A DNA stretch of 64,000 nt. Origin: Saccostrea echinata. Taxonomy: Eukaryota. Below the pieces are notes generated by a model that did not search any database, had not been told where the DNA came from, and was given only the letters and a program-made list of their open reading frames with translations. Shown here piece by piece: positions 13,301 through 26,308 of this stretch. Location of the stretch: the NCBI RefSeq assembly GCF_033153115.1, contig NW_026889778.1:29698001-29762000 (forward strand), in the 5' to 3' direction. The translations under genes and the position numbers were made by a program. How positions within the stretch are numbered: the first letter of the stretch is position 1; every line of letters begins with the position of its first letter.

Positions 13301-16300
13301 TAACAGTGTGACTGGATTCTTTATCTTGTCTTAACAGTCTGACTGCACTCTTTATCTTGTCTTAACAGTGTGACTGGATTCTTTATCTTGTCTTAACAGT
13401 CTGACTGCACTCTTTATCTTGTCTTAACAGTGTGACTGGATTCTTTATCTTGTCTTAACAGTCTGACTGGACTCTTTATCTTGTCTTAACAGTGTGACTG
13501 GATTATACATCTTGTCTTAACAGTCTGACTGGATTCTACATCTTGTCTTAACAATCTGACTGCACTCTTTATCTTGTCTTAACAGTCTGACTGGACTCTT
13601 TATCTTGTCTTAACAGTGTGACTGGATTCTACATCTTGTCTTAACAGTGTGACTGGATTCTACATTTTGTCTTAACAGTGTGACTGGATTCTACATCTTG
13701 TCTTAACAGTCTGACTGGACTCTTTATCTTGTCTTAACTGTGTGACTGGATTCTACATCTTGTCTTAACAATCTGACTGCACTCTTTATCTTGTCTTAAC
13801 AGTGTGAGTGGATTTTAAATCTTGTCTTAACAGTGTGACTGGATTCTACATCTTGTCTTAACAGTCTGACTGGACTCTTTATATTGTCATAACAGTGTAA
13901 CTGGATTCTACATCTTGTCTTAACAGCCTGAGGGGTTCTACATCTTGTCTTAATAATCTGAGTGGACTCTATATATCTTGTTTGATCAATACAGTACAGG
14001 TGGACACTTAACAGTCTGATTGGACTCTATATCATGCATTAGCAGTCTGACTGGACTCTATATCTTAACAGTCTGACTGGACTCTATATCTTGTATTAGC
14101 AGTTTGACTGGACTCTATATCATGTCTTAACAGTCTGACTGGACTCTATATCTTAGCAGTCTGCCTGGACTCTATATGTAAACAGTCTGACTGGACTCTA
14201 TATCATAAGAGTATGACTGGACTCTGCATCTTAACAATCTGTCTGGATTCTGTATCTAAACAGTCTGACTGGACTCTATATCTTAATAGTCTGACTGGAC
14301 TCTATATCTTAACAGTATGACTAGACTTTGTATCTTAACAGTCTGACTGGATTCTATATCTTAATTGTCTGACTGGACTCTATATGTTAACAATCTGACT
14401 GAACTCTTTATCTTGCACAGACTCACCTTTCAGTATGTTTTCTTTCACTGGATCGCTGGGTGCAGATGGAAGCTGTCGTCTGCCTGGTGAGAGCCCATCA
14501 ACTTCACTGTGCATCAGTTTGGCTTTCATTGCATAGGATTCTTGCTTGCTTAAGCTTTGAAATTCATTCTAGTAAGGAAAGATTGATCAAAATTCAAGAG
14601 AAAATTTTACTTGTCAAAACAAGCTCTACACAACCTAAATGATATCATATACTAAATATATGATATTCTATTGGGTTCCTGAATCAGGCTTATTTTAGCT
14701 TTATCTCTTGCTAGCCAGAATTAGAACTTTCACTATTTATAAAGTCTTATCACTTTCATGTTTAGCAATTTTAAGATTCTACAAAATCATAAAGCTAAAT
14801 TTGTGTCGCATATTCCCCATTCACAATTCATAGCTAAATTGAACAACTACCAAGATAACTTGCTGTTTGGGATTTTGTATAATTCCATGTTTTGCATAAT
14901 TCCCTCAATTAAATCATTAAAAGAACATGTTTCTTTAAAACATACATTAGATTTGTGCTCAAACTTCAGTCTCTGGACAGAGGACCTGTGGGCATTAAAC
15001 ACACTGAAGGGAGTATCAGCCTTCCTCAGATCGTAGACAAACACCTTCCCTCGGGTGGAACCAACTGCCACGGTGACACCGTCAGATTTCACGTCAATAG
15101 ATGTCAAAGGAGAGTCCACAGTCATACACTTCACCTGTCTATAACAAACATTCTAAACTCATTTCCTGAAATCACAAATTGTATCACACCATTCACAATC
15201 TTATTATAACAGCTTTCACGACTGTAATTTCACTTAAATATAGAACTATCAATATCCTACTTTTTGCTTTGAATATCAAAGCAAATAATTCTCTTGTCCA
15301 GTCCTACGGAGAGCAGCAAAATGTCATTCAGGGGAGAGAACTTGAGTCCTGTCGCTGAAGCAATGTGAGCAGTACTATAGGCATGGAGAAGTCGCCGCGT
15401 ATTGATGTCCCACAGATTAACAGCTCCATCCTCCGACACTGATCCTAACAAAGACTTCTTCACTGCATTAAATTGCAGTTGTCTTATAGCCTAAAATAAA
15501 TAAGCAATCAGAGACTCTTTCTGAACAATTCCAAATTTCAAAGCATACAGAGCCATGACACTCAGCAATTTGGTTGTTGGGATATAAAAGAATTATGATA
15601 GGATATCAAATTTATTTCGATAACTTTATATCAAATTAATTCTGAAAACAAAAGGCTGGCCATTAGGAACTATTTTAATTTGAAAGATGCCATCAAATGC
15701 ACTTAAACACCCAATATTATGTTAACGCCCCCAAAATCTGCCTAATTCAATCATTATAAAAACAATAGTTCCTGATTTGATTGACGGACCAGCTTCGTGG
15801 GCTACCTGATAATCTGAGTTTGCATGTCTTGAAAACAATTACCTGGTCACACGTCAAACACTTTCATGTACCGTGTGAATGATCGCTTTGTATACACTCT
15901 GATTAAAAAAAATCATTGCTGTTATATTGTTTGATAATTTTATTTTTAAAAAATAATTGAGAGTAGATACAATATGTAATTAAACAATGACTTCGTGATT
16001 TTTTTTTTTCAATCTCCACTGCTGTTTTGTACTTGTCAGCGATATGACGTCCAAGATAACTGTAGAACTTTTTGAAGAAAAATTAGCGGCTATTCAAGCC
16101 CTCTCTCCCTTCTCAATAACTGAGATCCAGAGAGAGAAGAAGTTTCTGTAGCAGCACAGACCGATAATTCTTCCGAGCCCCTTATTCAACCTGTGCCTTG
16201 ATTTTAAGAATGTATGTAATGCCCTTGTCGACCTTGCACTTGGATACACAGAAACTCAATTCGCCGTAATTGAAACAATCAACCCTCTCCCCCATCATTG

Positions 16301-19300
16301 AAAATTATAACAAAATGCAATATATTAAATAAGAGAAGATATTTATACTAATATAAGTAAAGTATCTTGTATCTAACACCATGAATTACGAAAGATTCCT
16401 TCTATATCCAAATCTGTAAACAGGGCATAAGAACACGTACCCTCAGAAATGGCGAATATTTGGACACCATTGTTCGCCAGAAAAGTAAATAATATTCAGA
16501 TCGCGGTAAATATCTACACAATAAGTGGAATCTTTTTATTTCAATATTCTCACTTAATATTTTATAATAATTTCTTTTATTGGCGATTAAAATATTGATG
16601 ATTGCTTTGTAGTTTTCACTCGTTTATTTTAATTTTATGATTTTAAAAAAAGAGATGTCTTTTTAATTTTTTTTCTTCAAAAGATATCGACGAAAACTCT
16701 AAGTCTACAAATTTTATATTTCAGTACATAATTTATTTTAAATATTTTCACTCAAAATTATGCACAAAACGCGTAATGTTGACCCTGATTACCAAAAGCC
16801 AGACTTCCTGTGTAATGCAGCGTGTATAGGGATTTTTGACATTTTGACTATTGGGGCTCACCAGGTAAATAACACCAATACTACCAAGACCACTCCCCCT
16901 CCTCAGGCAACCGTACGGTAAAAAAATTGGGTCTTTAAGAGGTCAGATCTTTCATTCCTCTACCCATTTCCCAAGAGATATAGATAAAACCTACTTGATT
17001 AGAGAAGTCTCTAACAGACATGATTAAGACAGCCTTCTTATATTAATTAGACTCGTTAATCTTTCACTTGACAGATGCAGTTTCACTTGTATCAAAATGC
17101 CCTATGCTGGCTATGCATGTCCAACTGAACTACTTAAAATTCCATGGCTTAAATCATTACTCTAAAGGGATGAATAGAATTACTCTCTCTGATGAACTAA
17201 TTAAGTCTTAGCATTTTTGTAGTACAATTTTCTTTTTTTGCATATTTCTATTGTTAGAAAGAAAAGAATTTTTGAATTTGTTGTGTATTAGCATATCATG
17301 AAAAAAAATGTACTATTCTTTTTACATAAAATTTTTGAACAAGGTTACTGCTTTATCTGACATTGTAGGGATCACCTTTCTTTTTTTCTTTTTTTTTTTT
17401 AAAAATCACCTTAATTAAAGGTCACATGACCTTTTGTAGAGTGTGACATACCCTCTACGTAAGACACATTAACTGACCAAGTCTGATGATGCTAGGACAA
17501 ATAACTTTCATGTAATGAGTTGGACAGGGTTTTGCATTACCGTATAGTGGGTTATTTTAGTGGGGTGCTAATTTTGGCATTTTGATAGTAGCCCGCTAAA
17601 ATTATTATCGCTAAAATATTCAGTAATCTTCTTAGTGTTCATCTGCAAAGAGTTGAAACCCTGTGTCTGCTAAAATAAATTACGCCAAAATTATTGGCAT
17701 ACCTTTGAGCAGGCAAAACGCCAAATTTTACACCTGCCAAGAAAACCGGCTATACAGTATTAGGCCGTATCATCTTAATTGAAGTTCACAGTAACTTAAC
17801 TTTAAAATGCTACACTTTCTATCAAAGATGCATCAGCTGACAAATTTTGATGATTCTAGGCTTCATGGTATTTAAGTTATGAGCCAGACACGGAAAAAAG
17901 AACAGGCAGACAGACAGATGGACATGATCACCACAATACCATCTTAAAAGATGGGTGTATAAAAAATAAATCACTACAAAAATTGCCTGCATCATGATAG
18001 TCTCAACTACAGCATAATATATAAGGCAAATGACTTGACTTGCAAACCTGTACTTTGGGAGCAGTCATTGGTCTACATCCTTGTCCAGTGACAACATTGT
18101 ACACGATTATCTCCCCTGATTCTGATCCTGAAGCTATGTGAGAAGCATTGGCATTAAACAACACACAGCTTACTGGGCCTTTGTGGTCCTAAGGTAAAAA
18201 AAAAATACTGTCAACATCATCAAGAATGAGAGTATAAATAAAATGCATTGGAAATAAAAATTCACAAATATTTGTGTGACTTAAATGCTCCCAGCAAGAA
18301 AAGTCTACATAGATCAAAGGGTGAGTGGATCCTTTATCATGTCAAAGAACTGAATAACCTAACATTTAGTAGGGTGACTTCGCCATGCATCAGAAACATA
18401 CCTTGGATCGGTCAACTTTAACAAATTAGATCAACAACGAAAATCAACAGTATTAGAATTGTCTTTACAAGAGTGTAATTTATATTGTAGTCCATACAGC
18501 AGATCTAATTGATCTAATCAAAGGGAATCCAAACTGGAAGTGACGTAATAAAACATAGCTTTGAAATGACAATTTAAAACAAAATATGGCTTTTGAAATT
18601 TTAAGTGGTCAAGGGCATACTTTGTCATTCTTTAAGAAATGCTTCACATTTATACATCACCTATTTCAATCTATTTTCAGCAAAGCAAAACATCATTATA
18701 GTTCTATTTTTAAAAAAAGGCAAATCTCAATAGTGACCTTTTTTCACCATGAATCAGTGACATACTGATAAAATGTAATTTCTGATGACTGGACTTACTG
18801 ATGACAAATACTTACTGATAATGTACTTACTGATGACCAGTACTTATTGATGATCTATACTTGTGACATGACTTACTGATGATCTATACTTGTGACATGA
18901 CTTACTGATGACATGTACTTATTGATGACACATCCTTACTGGTGACCAGTACTTACTGTTGTCCTATACTTCCTGATGACATGTACTTATTGATGATCTA
19001 TACTTGTGACATGTACTTATTGATGATCTATACTTGTGACATGACTTACTGATGATAAATACTTGTGACATGACTTACTGATGACATGTACTTATTGATG
19101 ACACATCTTTACTAGTGACCAGTACTTACTGTTGTCCTATACTTCCTGATGACATGTACTTATTGATGATCTATACTTGTGACATGTACTTATTGATGAT
19201 CTATACTTGTGACATGTACTTATTGATGATCTATACTTGTGACATGACTTACTGATGATCTATACTTGTGACATGACTTACTGATGACATGTACTTATTC

Positions 19301-22300
19301 ATGACACATCATTACTGGTGACCAGTACTTACTGTTGTCCTTTACTTACTGATGACCAGTACTTACTGATGACCAGTACTTACTGATGACATGTACTTAT
19401 TGTTAATCTATACTTACTGTTGTCCTATACTTACTGGTGACATGTACTTATTGATGACACATCATTACTGGTGACCAGTACTTACTGTTGTCCTATACTT
19501 GTGAGATGACTTACTGATGACCTATACATGTGACATGTACTTACTTGTTACATGTACTGAAACTGTACTACTGATGCCACATATTTACTTATAACATGTA
19601 CTTACTGATGTACAATCTGTATAATAATGAAATGTTTACCTTGTAAGATTTTTTGATAGTCCTGGATTTTAGGTCCCAAGCATTAATGACACTGTCAGAC
19701 CCTCCTATAACAAGATATCTTGATGTGGAAGTCAGGTCCAGACATAATCTTCCAGGCTGAAAACAAGAGGCCCCTAGATTATAATGCTCATCATAAGAGG
19801 AACCTAACCCTTCAGATATTGTCATTTTCATAAACTGTAAGCTTTGTACTTACCGAATTGATTCAATAATCAACTGTAAATTTTTATCAATTCTTAAACA
19901 CTATTTGAAGGGGTCAAGATTAAACAAATTCTTAAAAGGGGTATGCACACACTTGCATTTCTGTATTGTTTTTATTTTTATTTGAAAATTAGTTTCAATT
20001 TAATGACTTGAACTTACATTCAAATTCCTAATACTCAATGACTTCTGCATTCTTCATAACCTTGTACCAAACTACACAACATTTTTTAAACATTGGCACA
20101 AACTCTGTAATCGTTCTACCTGGTGTGTTCAATTTGCTGGCATTGCTCACATCACTGACCACAAACTGACAACACTGCTGTGTTGGTTTACATTTCTTTT
20201 TTGACTTTTAATTATACATGTAGCTTTAATATCTTTTATTAATACACCTCAAATTTCACATTTTCCTTGAATATTAAGGATAAATTTTGGTTCATGAAAG
20301 TGGAAGGATGTATGACAATCAATCATCCCCAGAATATGTAGTTTTTATAATTTTCAGATAAAAGTTAAAAATGTATTGGTCTGAAATGCTCTTGCAATGT
20401 GTAAGTCATGAAATTCTACGAGTAAATTTTGAAGAATATAAACTGATGAATCAAATCTGTGTCCAATGCCCCCTTAAGACTGCTTAGATATTTTAAAAAC
20501 TGACATACTGAAGTTGTTAAAATTAAAAATGTACCGGTATCTGAACATATTTTTATTGAATATATGACTTTGAAATTTTGCACAACAGACATTTCAAACA
20601 GATGCTGCAAAAAATTCAATAAGAAAAGTTTAACTTAATTTAGCAATTGGCTAATATATCAAAAAAAACTTTAGAAATGCATACAGAATACTGCAAGTAT
20701 ATGAATGTTCAATATTCATAGAAATGAATTTGCTTGCGATGGATTGCTATAACTATAATAACTTTATAAATTTATTTTTTTTTAAAATGAAGAATAAACT
20801 CACCAAGCAATCAAGTGTTGTAATCGGAAAGGCTGATGTCTTGCATGAATAAATTGCTATTTTATCACTGTTCACAGCTACACTAGCTAGAAATGTATCT
20901 GAAGACAGGTCAGGAAAAACTCATTCTCAAATATGACTGAATTAAGTACATGGATCTTAATTTGACTTTTTGATGAAATAATAGTGGATTCTCCAAAGTA
21001 ATAATAGGAATAAGCTAAAAATAGTGTAAGATGGTGGCTCAATCAGTAAAAATTACAGCTCATGCAAGATGCTTGTTTGTTCAATATTCACAGAAATGAA
21101 TGTGCTTGCGATGGATTGCTATAACTATAATAGCTTTATAAATTATCAATTAATTTTTTTCTTTAAATAAAAAATAAACTCACCAAGCAATCAAGTGTTG
21201 TAATAGGAAAGGCTGATGTCCAGCCTATTCCAAGTTATGACATTAAAGTAAAAAGTGACAGTTAGGTCTGCACAATAATATCGATATTCCAGTATATTGC
21301 GATTCATGGAAAAAAAATATCATATTGCGATATGTTTTTTCAGTACCAATATACTGGCAAAATGCTTGGGCTTGGGATTTCTAAAGTAAAATATGAAATT
21401 TAAGATGTCAGAAATGTGCCAAATAGTAAGGTTGCTGTAGTATAGCTGCATTTTGTTGAAAAACTGTGGTGAAATCAACAAAAACTTTTTGTTACAACAT
21501 ATTTATAACAGTTATATACACTCTAAATTTGATCTTGAATCAGTGACCCCTAGAAATGATCAAGTCCAACATGGCAAGTCTCACCACTTTGTTTTATATT
21601 AGTTTATATATGAATATAAATATATGTAATTTTCATTGTATATGTTGAACAAAATTAAATAATAGTGAACCCTGCTAGCTCTGAGGAAAACACGCATGAA
21701 AAGAGGAAATTCCAGTTGAAATCTACACACTGAGGATATTTTTACAAGTTTGTGTGAAAAGAATTCTAGAACTTCCTATCCTCTTTGTATGCACAGCAAC
21801 ATACTGGCTTCAGCATAGCAACAGCTCAAAGAGATTTACAGAAAGAGTTTCAAGGAATGTCTTTGCCAAAAAGAAACATATGCATCCTCAATAAAGATGA
21901 CTTTGTATAAGATGTCATTTTTTGTCACTAAAATGTCTTGGCTTTTTTCCAATTTTATCAGAATTGTCTGCAAATTTCAGTTTCTTGATCCCAAGGTATG
22001 GGATGTCTTGTTTGAAACAATTTTCACAATTGGCCTTTTCACAGTAACTGCGGTACTGCTATTTTGCAGGGCAAATTAATAACATTTGGCAGAGTTTTTG
22101 ATGGAAGATAATTAAAATAAAGTTTATTAATCAATTGCATTTGCATCATATTTCACCAAAATATATCAATTTGATCTGCAAATGAGCAGTACTGCAGTTA
22201 TCATTAAACAGTTATCATGAAAAGAAGTTTTATTTGTCACAAATCGTGTGGAGAAAAAAAAATTACCAGTTGCAGGAAACATGGTAGAGACAGACTATTG

Positions 22301-22854
22301 TTTACTTAAAAATTGTGATGTCATCTGCAGTATGCAATAGGAAATGGTGGATCCATCATTTTAGATATGTAGAATTCAATAATTATTATTCAAAGGAAAC
22401 TGCGCTCAATCTAACAGTTTCACCACCTGACACATTAGCCTTTATAGCAAGCGCAGCGAGCTAAATAGACTAATGTGTAAGAACAGAGAATATTCGAATC
22501 TGTATATTCGTCAAGCAAGTTTTTCTGTGAAACCTTTCCAGAATTCCTTTGCTACCAGGATTCCATGCGATAATGGTGAATAAAGTCCCACAGTTATCAT
22601 GAATTAAGATTTAGTTCTTGAAGAGAGCTTAAATGAAACAAAAAATAATTGCATCTTTTCTACAATGCCTTTCATTACAAAATTACAAAGGGCCTATTTA
22701 AACTCAGTTACAGAAATGCAGCTTACATCGATGTCATGTGATGTCACAGTCTAGACCTTTTAGTTTGAAGAGGCGGATCAGAGTTTAAGGTGTAAGCTAT
22801 GTAGGTTTCTTATGGTATACAAATGCGCTAGCTGCAATAATGTAGCCCTCTCCC

Positions 22855-22891
<37 letters not shown>

Positions 22892-24150
22892 GGAGAGGGC
22901 TACAACTCCTTAGGATCTCCGTAATGGTGCAAGTGCGGGAGTGATTCACTACCGCACAGATTTCGGCTCAAATTATCAGTAAGTGGGTATTTTATTAACA
23001 TTTCTTACCTGAACTCATAAAATGTAGTCATGCAAGACATGAATTGATCCAAAAATATACAGAACAATCCGTATATTGGTTATTTTTCGTGTATGTCAAC
23101 ATCACAACTTGAATTTATCCGCCATGTTTACTGACCTTGATCGATTTTATTTTGGGACAACCAATGAGAAATCGGGATCTAGGGGAGCGGATCGTTTAGG
23201 ATTTCCCTTATTTTAAGCATAAATATCACTGTTTATGAAAAAAAATCACATGGAATGCTTTTATTTATCAATGTTTTAGTGATATCATACCACACAAACA
23301 TTTATCAACACCGACATTTACTTTATCAAGTGATTCTAAAATTCAAGCGCAAGTCTCTGTACATCACGCGAGAACTGTCATGGCTGCTGAAGAGAACGAC
23401 TGGTAAACACGCAGATTTATTTTACTTGGTTTTCGCTCATAAAGGGCTATGATGTTGATAGTGAATAAAAATTCCGTCTTAATGGAAGTAAGTTGAATGC
23501 AAAAACAATTTATTTTGCCTGCAGTCGCCCGTATCTAAAAAATAAATTTGCACCATTACAGAGATGCAGTGGAATTGTAGCCCTCTCCAGAAAATAGCAG
23601 ATTAAAAAAATCGGAGAGGGCTACATTATTGCAGCTATTACTCAAACAATGGAAATACACCTTTTCTTTAAAAGTGTTCAAATGCAGCAATGTTAAAGCT
23701 ATCTCTTCTTTGGACTGTTTCTAAATAATCCCTAGTATAAATATTAGTAGACATTTACTTGCGACTTTTTGTCTTTTTAAAATAAAAAGCAAAATTGTGA
23801 AAAGTTGCCTTGAAATAGCTAAATAAAGCTACCTGAAGTAGCTAAATAAAGCTACAGTAGGTAATTCTAGCTACATAGCTAAATGTACTGATTGTACTGG
23901 ACCTGTCCAAGTTACAACAGAAATGTATGTGTACAGTATTGTGCATTTGGCTGGGTAAAATATTCTTATTTTATCGAATCGGTTAAATAATTTGTTTTGC
24001 TTGCATGTTTGTATCAAGGATACTATCGTGACTCCAGCAAATGTCTGCAATGTTTTGGTCATGGGGATTGAACTGTTTTAAAAGCGAAAAGTTTACTTCA
24101 TCCCATAACTTTATATCGTCACCCGCTGATGCTAACTGTCCCAAACTCAT
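3689..24150 (-). CDS. NEDD1: NEDD1 (GCP-WD), WD40 gamma-tubulin ring complex targeting factor; 12 coding exons, 656 aa
   Basis: Exons in transcript order: 24150-24024, 20898-20804, 19756-19640, 18188-18048, 15490-15261, 15138-14946, 14568-14427, 6251-6165, 5939-5797, 5348-5186, 5106-4679, 3793-3689. All introns are GT-AG with consistent phases, total 1971 nt. Translation has ASAGDDIKLWD, WD40 repeats (KKSLLGSVSEDGAVNLWD, SVGLDKRIICFD, GSTRGKVFVYDLR) and C-terminal SVNQELLQEVERLREENKRLKKNF*, matching recalled vertebrate NEDD1 ends. Confidence 0.95.
4162..4325 (+). mobile_element. tRNA-derived SINE (degenerate) in the last NEDD1 intron
   Basis: tRNA-like head with A-box-like TAACTCAATCAGTAGAG and B-box GAGTTCAATTCC, followed by a non-tRNA body. 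The cloverleaf is too broken for a functional tRNA. Confidence 0.7.
6617..7388 (-). mobile_element. Non-autonomous Helentron/HINE-like element with internal ~165-bp repeats
   Basis: Ends with GATCAGAAAAGCTCACTTGAGCCTTTAGCTCAGGTGAGCTAAAAA, the reverse complement of the start of the 32935-34025 copy. Internal repeats share GTGGCCCC...GGGGTCATGATTTGAACAAACTTGAATCTACACTA. Confidence 0.8.
8797..9498 (-). mobile_element. Non-autonomous Helentron-like element, second family (CAAGGTCAAGGTCA core repeats)
   Basis: Starts AAACAAGATGTGTTTGTGAAACAC; has tandem core repeats, a (GACA)n tract and terminal hairpin CCCCCGAATCTTCGATTACGGGGG. A homologous copy lies at about 25510-26220. Confidence 0.75.
11878..14420. 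repeat. Compound 26/31-bp minisatellite (CTGACTGGACTCTATATCTTAACAGT and a variant with +GTCTT) in NEDD1 intron 7
   Basis: Directly visible tandem array reaching to within a few bases of the exon-7 donor (14426). Confidence 0.95.
17538..17759. mobile_element. TA-flanked MITE (Tc1/mariner-type) nested in an older repeat
   Basis: TA-CCGTATAG ... CTATACAG-TA inverted ends. Confidence 0.6.
18783..19612. repeat. ~17-bp-based degenerate minisatellite (TACTTACTGATGACCAG and variants) in NEDD1 intron 3
   Basis: Directly visible tandem array starting about 27 nt from the exon-3 donor. Confidence 0.9.
19932..20477. mobile_element. Degenerate TTAA-flanked Kolobok-like MITE
   Basis: TTAA-AAGGGGTATGCACAC ... 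GTGTCCAATGCCCCC-TTAA: imperfect inverted ends with purine-start termini. Confidence 0.45.
20899..24023 (-). other. U12-type (minor spliceosome) GT-AG intron 1 of NEDD1
   Basis: 5' splice site GTATCCTTGA. The 3' end TTTTTCCTGACCTGTCTTCAG has a U12-like branch point with the A about 12 nt from the acceptor. Confidence 0.8.
22829..23637. mobile_element. MITE with ~25-bp TIRs and subterminal hairpins
   Basis: TAGCTGCAATAATGTAGCCCTCTCC ... GGAGAGGGCTACATTATTGCAGCTA. Each end also carries an internal inverted copy of TGTAGCCCTCTCC. Confidence 0.85.
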
Positions 24151-24856
24151 TTTGAAGTATGATATTCTACTTTTCAGACATTTCCACAACAATCATATTG
24201 CTCCTTGTATTCAACAATCCACATTATCCCGCCTTTCCTCTTCCATCTCATTTCTTGTTTACAACTTGAGATTTGATATTTTGCGATTTTCATAGACAAA
24301 ACGAACTTCACTTAACTTTAGATCCCGATTCATTAAGACGCATACTGGAATATAGTTAGAAATTAATCAAATGAATTTTTCTTTTATGATTATGTTTTTG
24401 AATCCCGATTCATTTATTGTTTTTTAGTTGTAAATTGATTATAAAATGATGACATGGTTTGGCACAATTCAGAAACATGCACATTTAATACAGAAGACTT
24501 TGCATCACAATCTTGAATATAATTATTGCTAGCGCTCTCGAGCGCTAGCAACTACGTTAGTCTATTTTCCTGGAATACGCATGCTCGACTTCACTGTAGG
24601 GCATTCTGGGAATACAACTGTAGATAAACTGTACCATGTAAATTTCGTTTAATTAACTGAAAATACATATGATCTGAAGTTTTGTGGTTTGTTGTCTAAG
24701 CTGTATACAAATATGTTAAAAAAGTAACAGTTAAACTTAGGTCTTATAATGCCAAGACTGAAGAGATCGTTTAATTCTAAAAGAATACTAAATAACCAAG
24801 TTTTTCTTAACTTCTTTCTGGCAAGCTCGGAAAACAGTCTCGGATATATATGTTGC

Positions 24857-24930
24857 CAACCTGATTAAAATCTTGGCCTTGTGCAGCAATCTATGTGAGC
24901 GGATCAAAGGATCTGATTTTAATCAGATTG
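24857..24930. mobile_element. 74-bp micro-MITE with ~10-bp target-site duplication
   Basis: TIRs CAACCTGATTAAAATC / GATTTTAATCAGATTG, flanked by TATATGTTGC and TATATGTTAC. Confidence 0.65.
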
Positions 24931-25509
24931 TATATGTTACCGGAAAGACCCGAGAAGATGCGATTGCTACAAAACAGTACTACACTGGGTTATTTTAAAC
25001 TAGGTGCCCATACCTAGGTTCTACTGATCTCTTATATTTCACCTCAAAATTGAAATAACAGTAAGCTACAGAATGCTTAAAGCACAGTTAATGATTTATG
25101 CCATCGCAGATGTGAAGCCCACTTTCACCATTCATTCTGAATTGAGACCCCCCCCCCACCTTACACCACCCCATTGCACCACTGCGCTTATTAATAATTA
25201 ATCGATTCAGCAACTTAACAAAGGGTTCAGATATCTACCTCTGTGTTTTATGATGGCTAACGCGCTAGCTCACCTATCTTTTTTAAAAGATAAGCTTGTC
25301 ATCAGTATGGTAAGGTTTATACATTTTTTATGCTAATAGAAGGAATAATATTAATATTGATAATCAAAATAACCTAGTTTTTACAGAATATATTTTTGTA
25401 ATGTAAAATTGCATTTTTGATAGAGTGAAAATGGCCATGAATATAGTAATGGTAATGAATGGTAAAAATATATAATCTGTGTTCCTTGCGAATGGAATTT
25501 GTACCAAAA

Positions 25510-25716
25510 AAAATGTGTTTGTGAAACACCAATGGCATTCCCCTGTAGGGCAGCTCATCGCGAAGGTTAAAGTTTCTCAAATGCAAGTCAAACTCCAAGG
25601 TCAAGAGATAAAAAAAATATTGGTACCAAAAGAAAGGATTACATCTGTGAAATATGAAATATGAAAGCCCTAGCACCAACCGTTCAAAAGTTATGACCAC
25701 GGTTAATTTTTTTTTC

Positions 25717-25747
<31 letters not shown>

Positions 25748-26220
25748 AATATTTGTACCCAAGGTAAGGTCTTATCACAAGAAATACACATGTAAAGCCC
25801 CAGCACCAAACGTTTAAGTTATGGCCAAAATTTAATCTTGCAAATATGAGTTAAACTCCAAGGTCAAGTCACATGTGATATATGAAAGCCATAGCTTCAA
25901 CCAGGGACCTACAAACCTCGTTATCTCGAACGTACTCTATGGGACCGAGAAAAAAACTTCGAGATATCCGAAGATTCGAGATATCCGGGGTAAAATACTT
26001 AAGGAATAAGGGTTTGGGACTTCAAATCACTTCGACATATCCATGGTATTCGGGATATCCTTGTTCGAGATACCGAAGTTCAACTGTATATGCTATAGTC
26101 CTTGCTTCAATCAATCAAAAGTGATGGACAAGGTTAACGTTTTTGCGGACAAACAGGCAAACAGACAGACCGAGAGACGAACAGAGCAAAAAGTATATGC
26201 CCCCCGAATCTTCGATTACT
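25510..26220 (-). mobile_element. Helentron-like element (same family as 8797-9498) interrupted by a pogo/Tigger-like MITE (~25911-26089)
   Basis: Shares ATGTGTTTGTGAAACAC, CAAGGTCAAG cores, (GACA)n and CCCCCGAATCTTCGATTAC with the 8797 copy. The insert has AACCTCGTTATCTCGAAC ... GTTCGAGATACCGAAGTTCAACTGTA inverted ends. Confidence 0.7.
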
Positions 26221-26308
26221 AGATAAATAACTAGGAAAGATGTACTTGATAATGCAATTTTCATCGGGATCAAAAGTTCGTTATTTTCGTTTTTTATGTA
26301 CACCCGTC

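Larger units (their letters stand above)
24151..26308. promoter_or_regulatory. Divergent (bidirectional) promoter region shared by NEDD1 and MBD4
   Basis: Start codons 2158 bp apart, head-to-head. ZNF143/STAF-like site ATTCCCAGAATGCCC (minus, ~24599-24613); locally more CpG than the gene bodies. Confidence 0.6.

Noticed and set aside
15720-16600. CpG-richer segment in NEDD1 intron 4, possible nested gene or TE
   Set aside because: No ORF of 60 aa or more, and no motif, TIR or TSD I could define; probably a decayed repeat.
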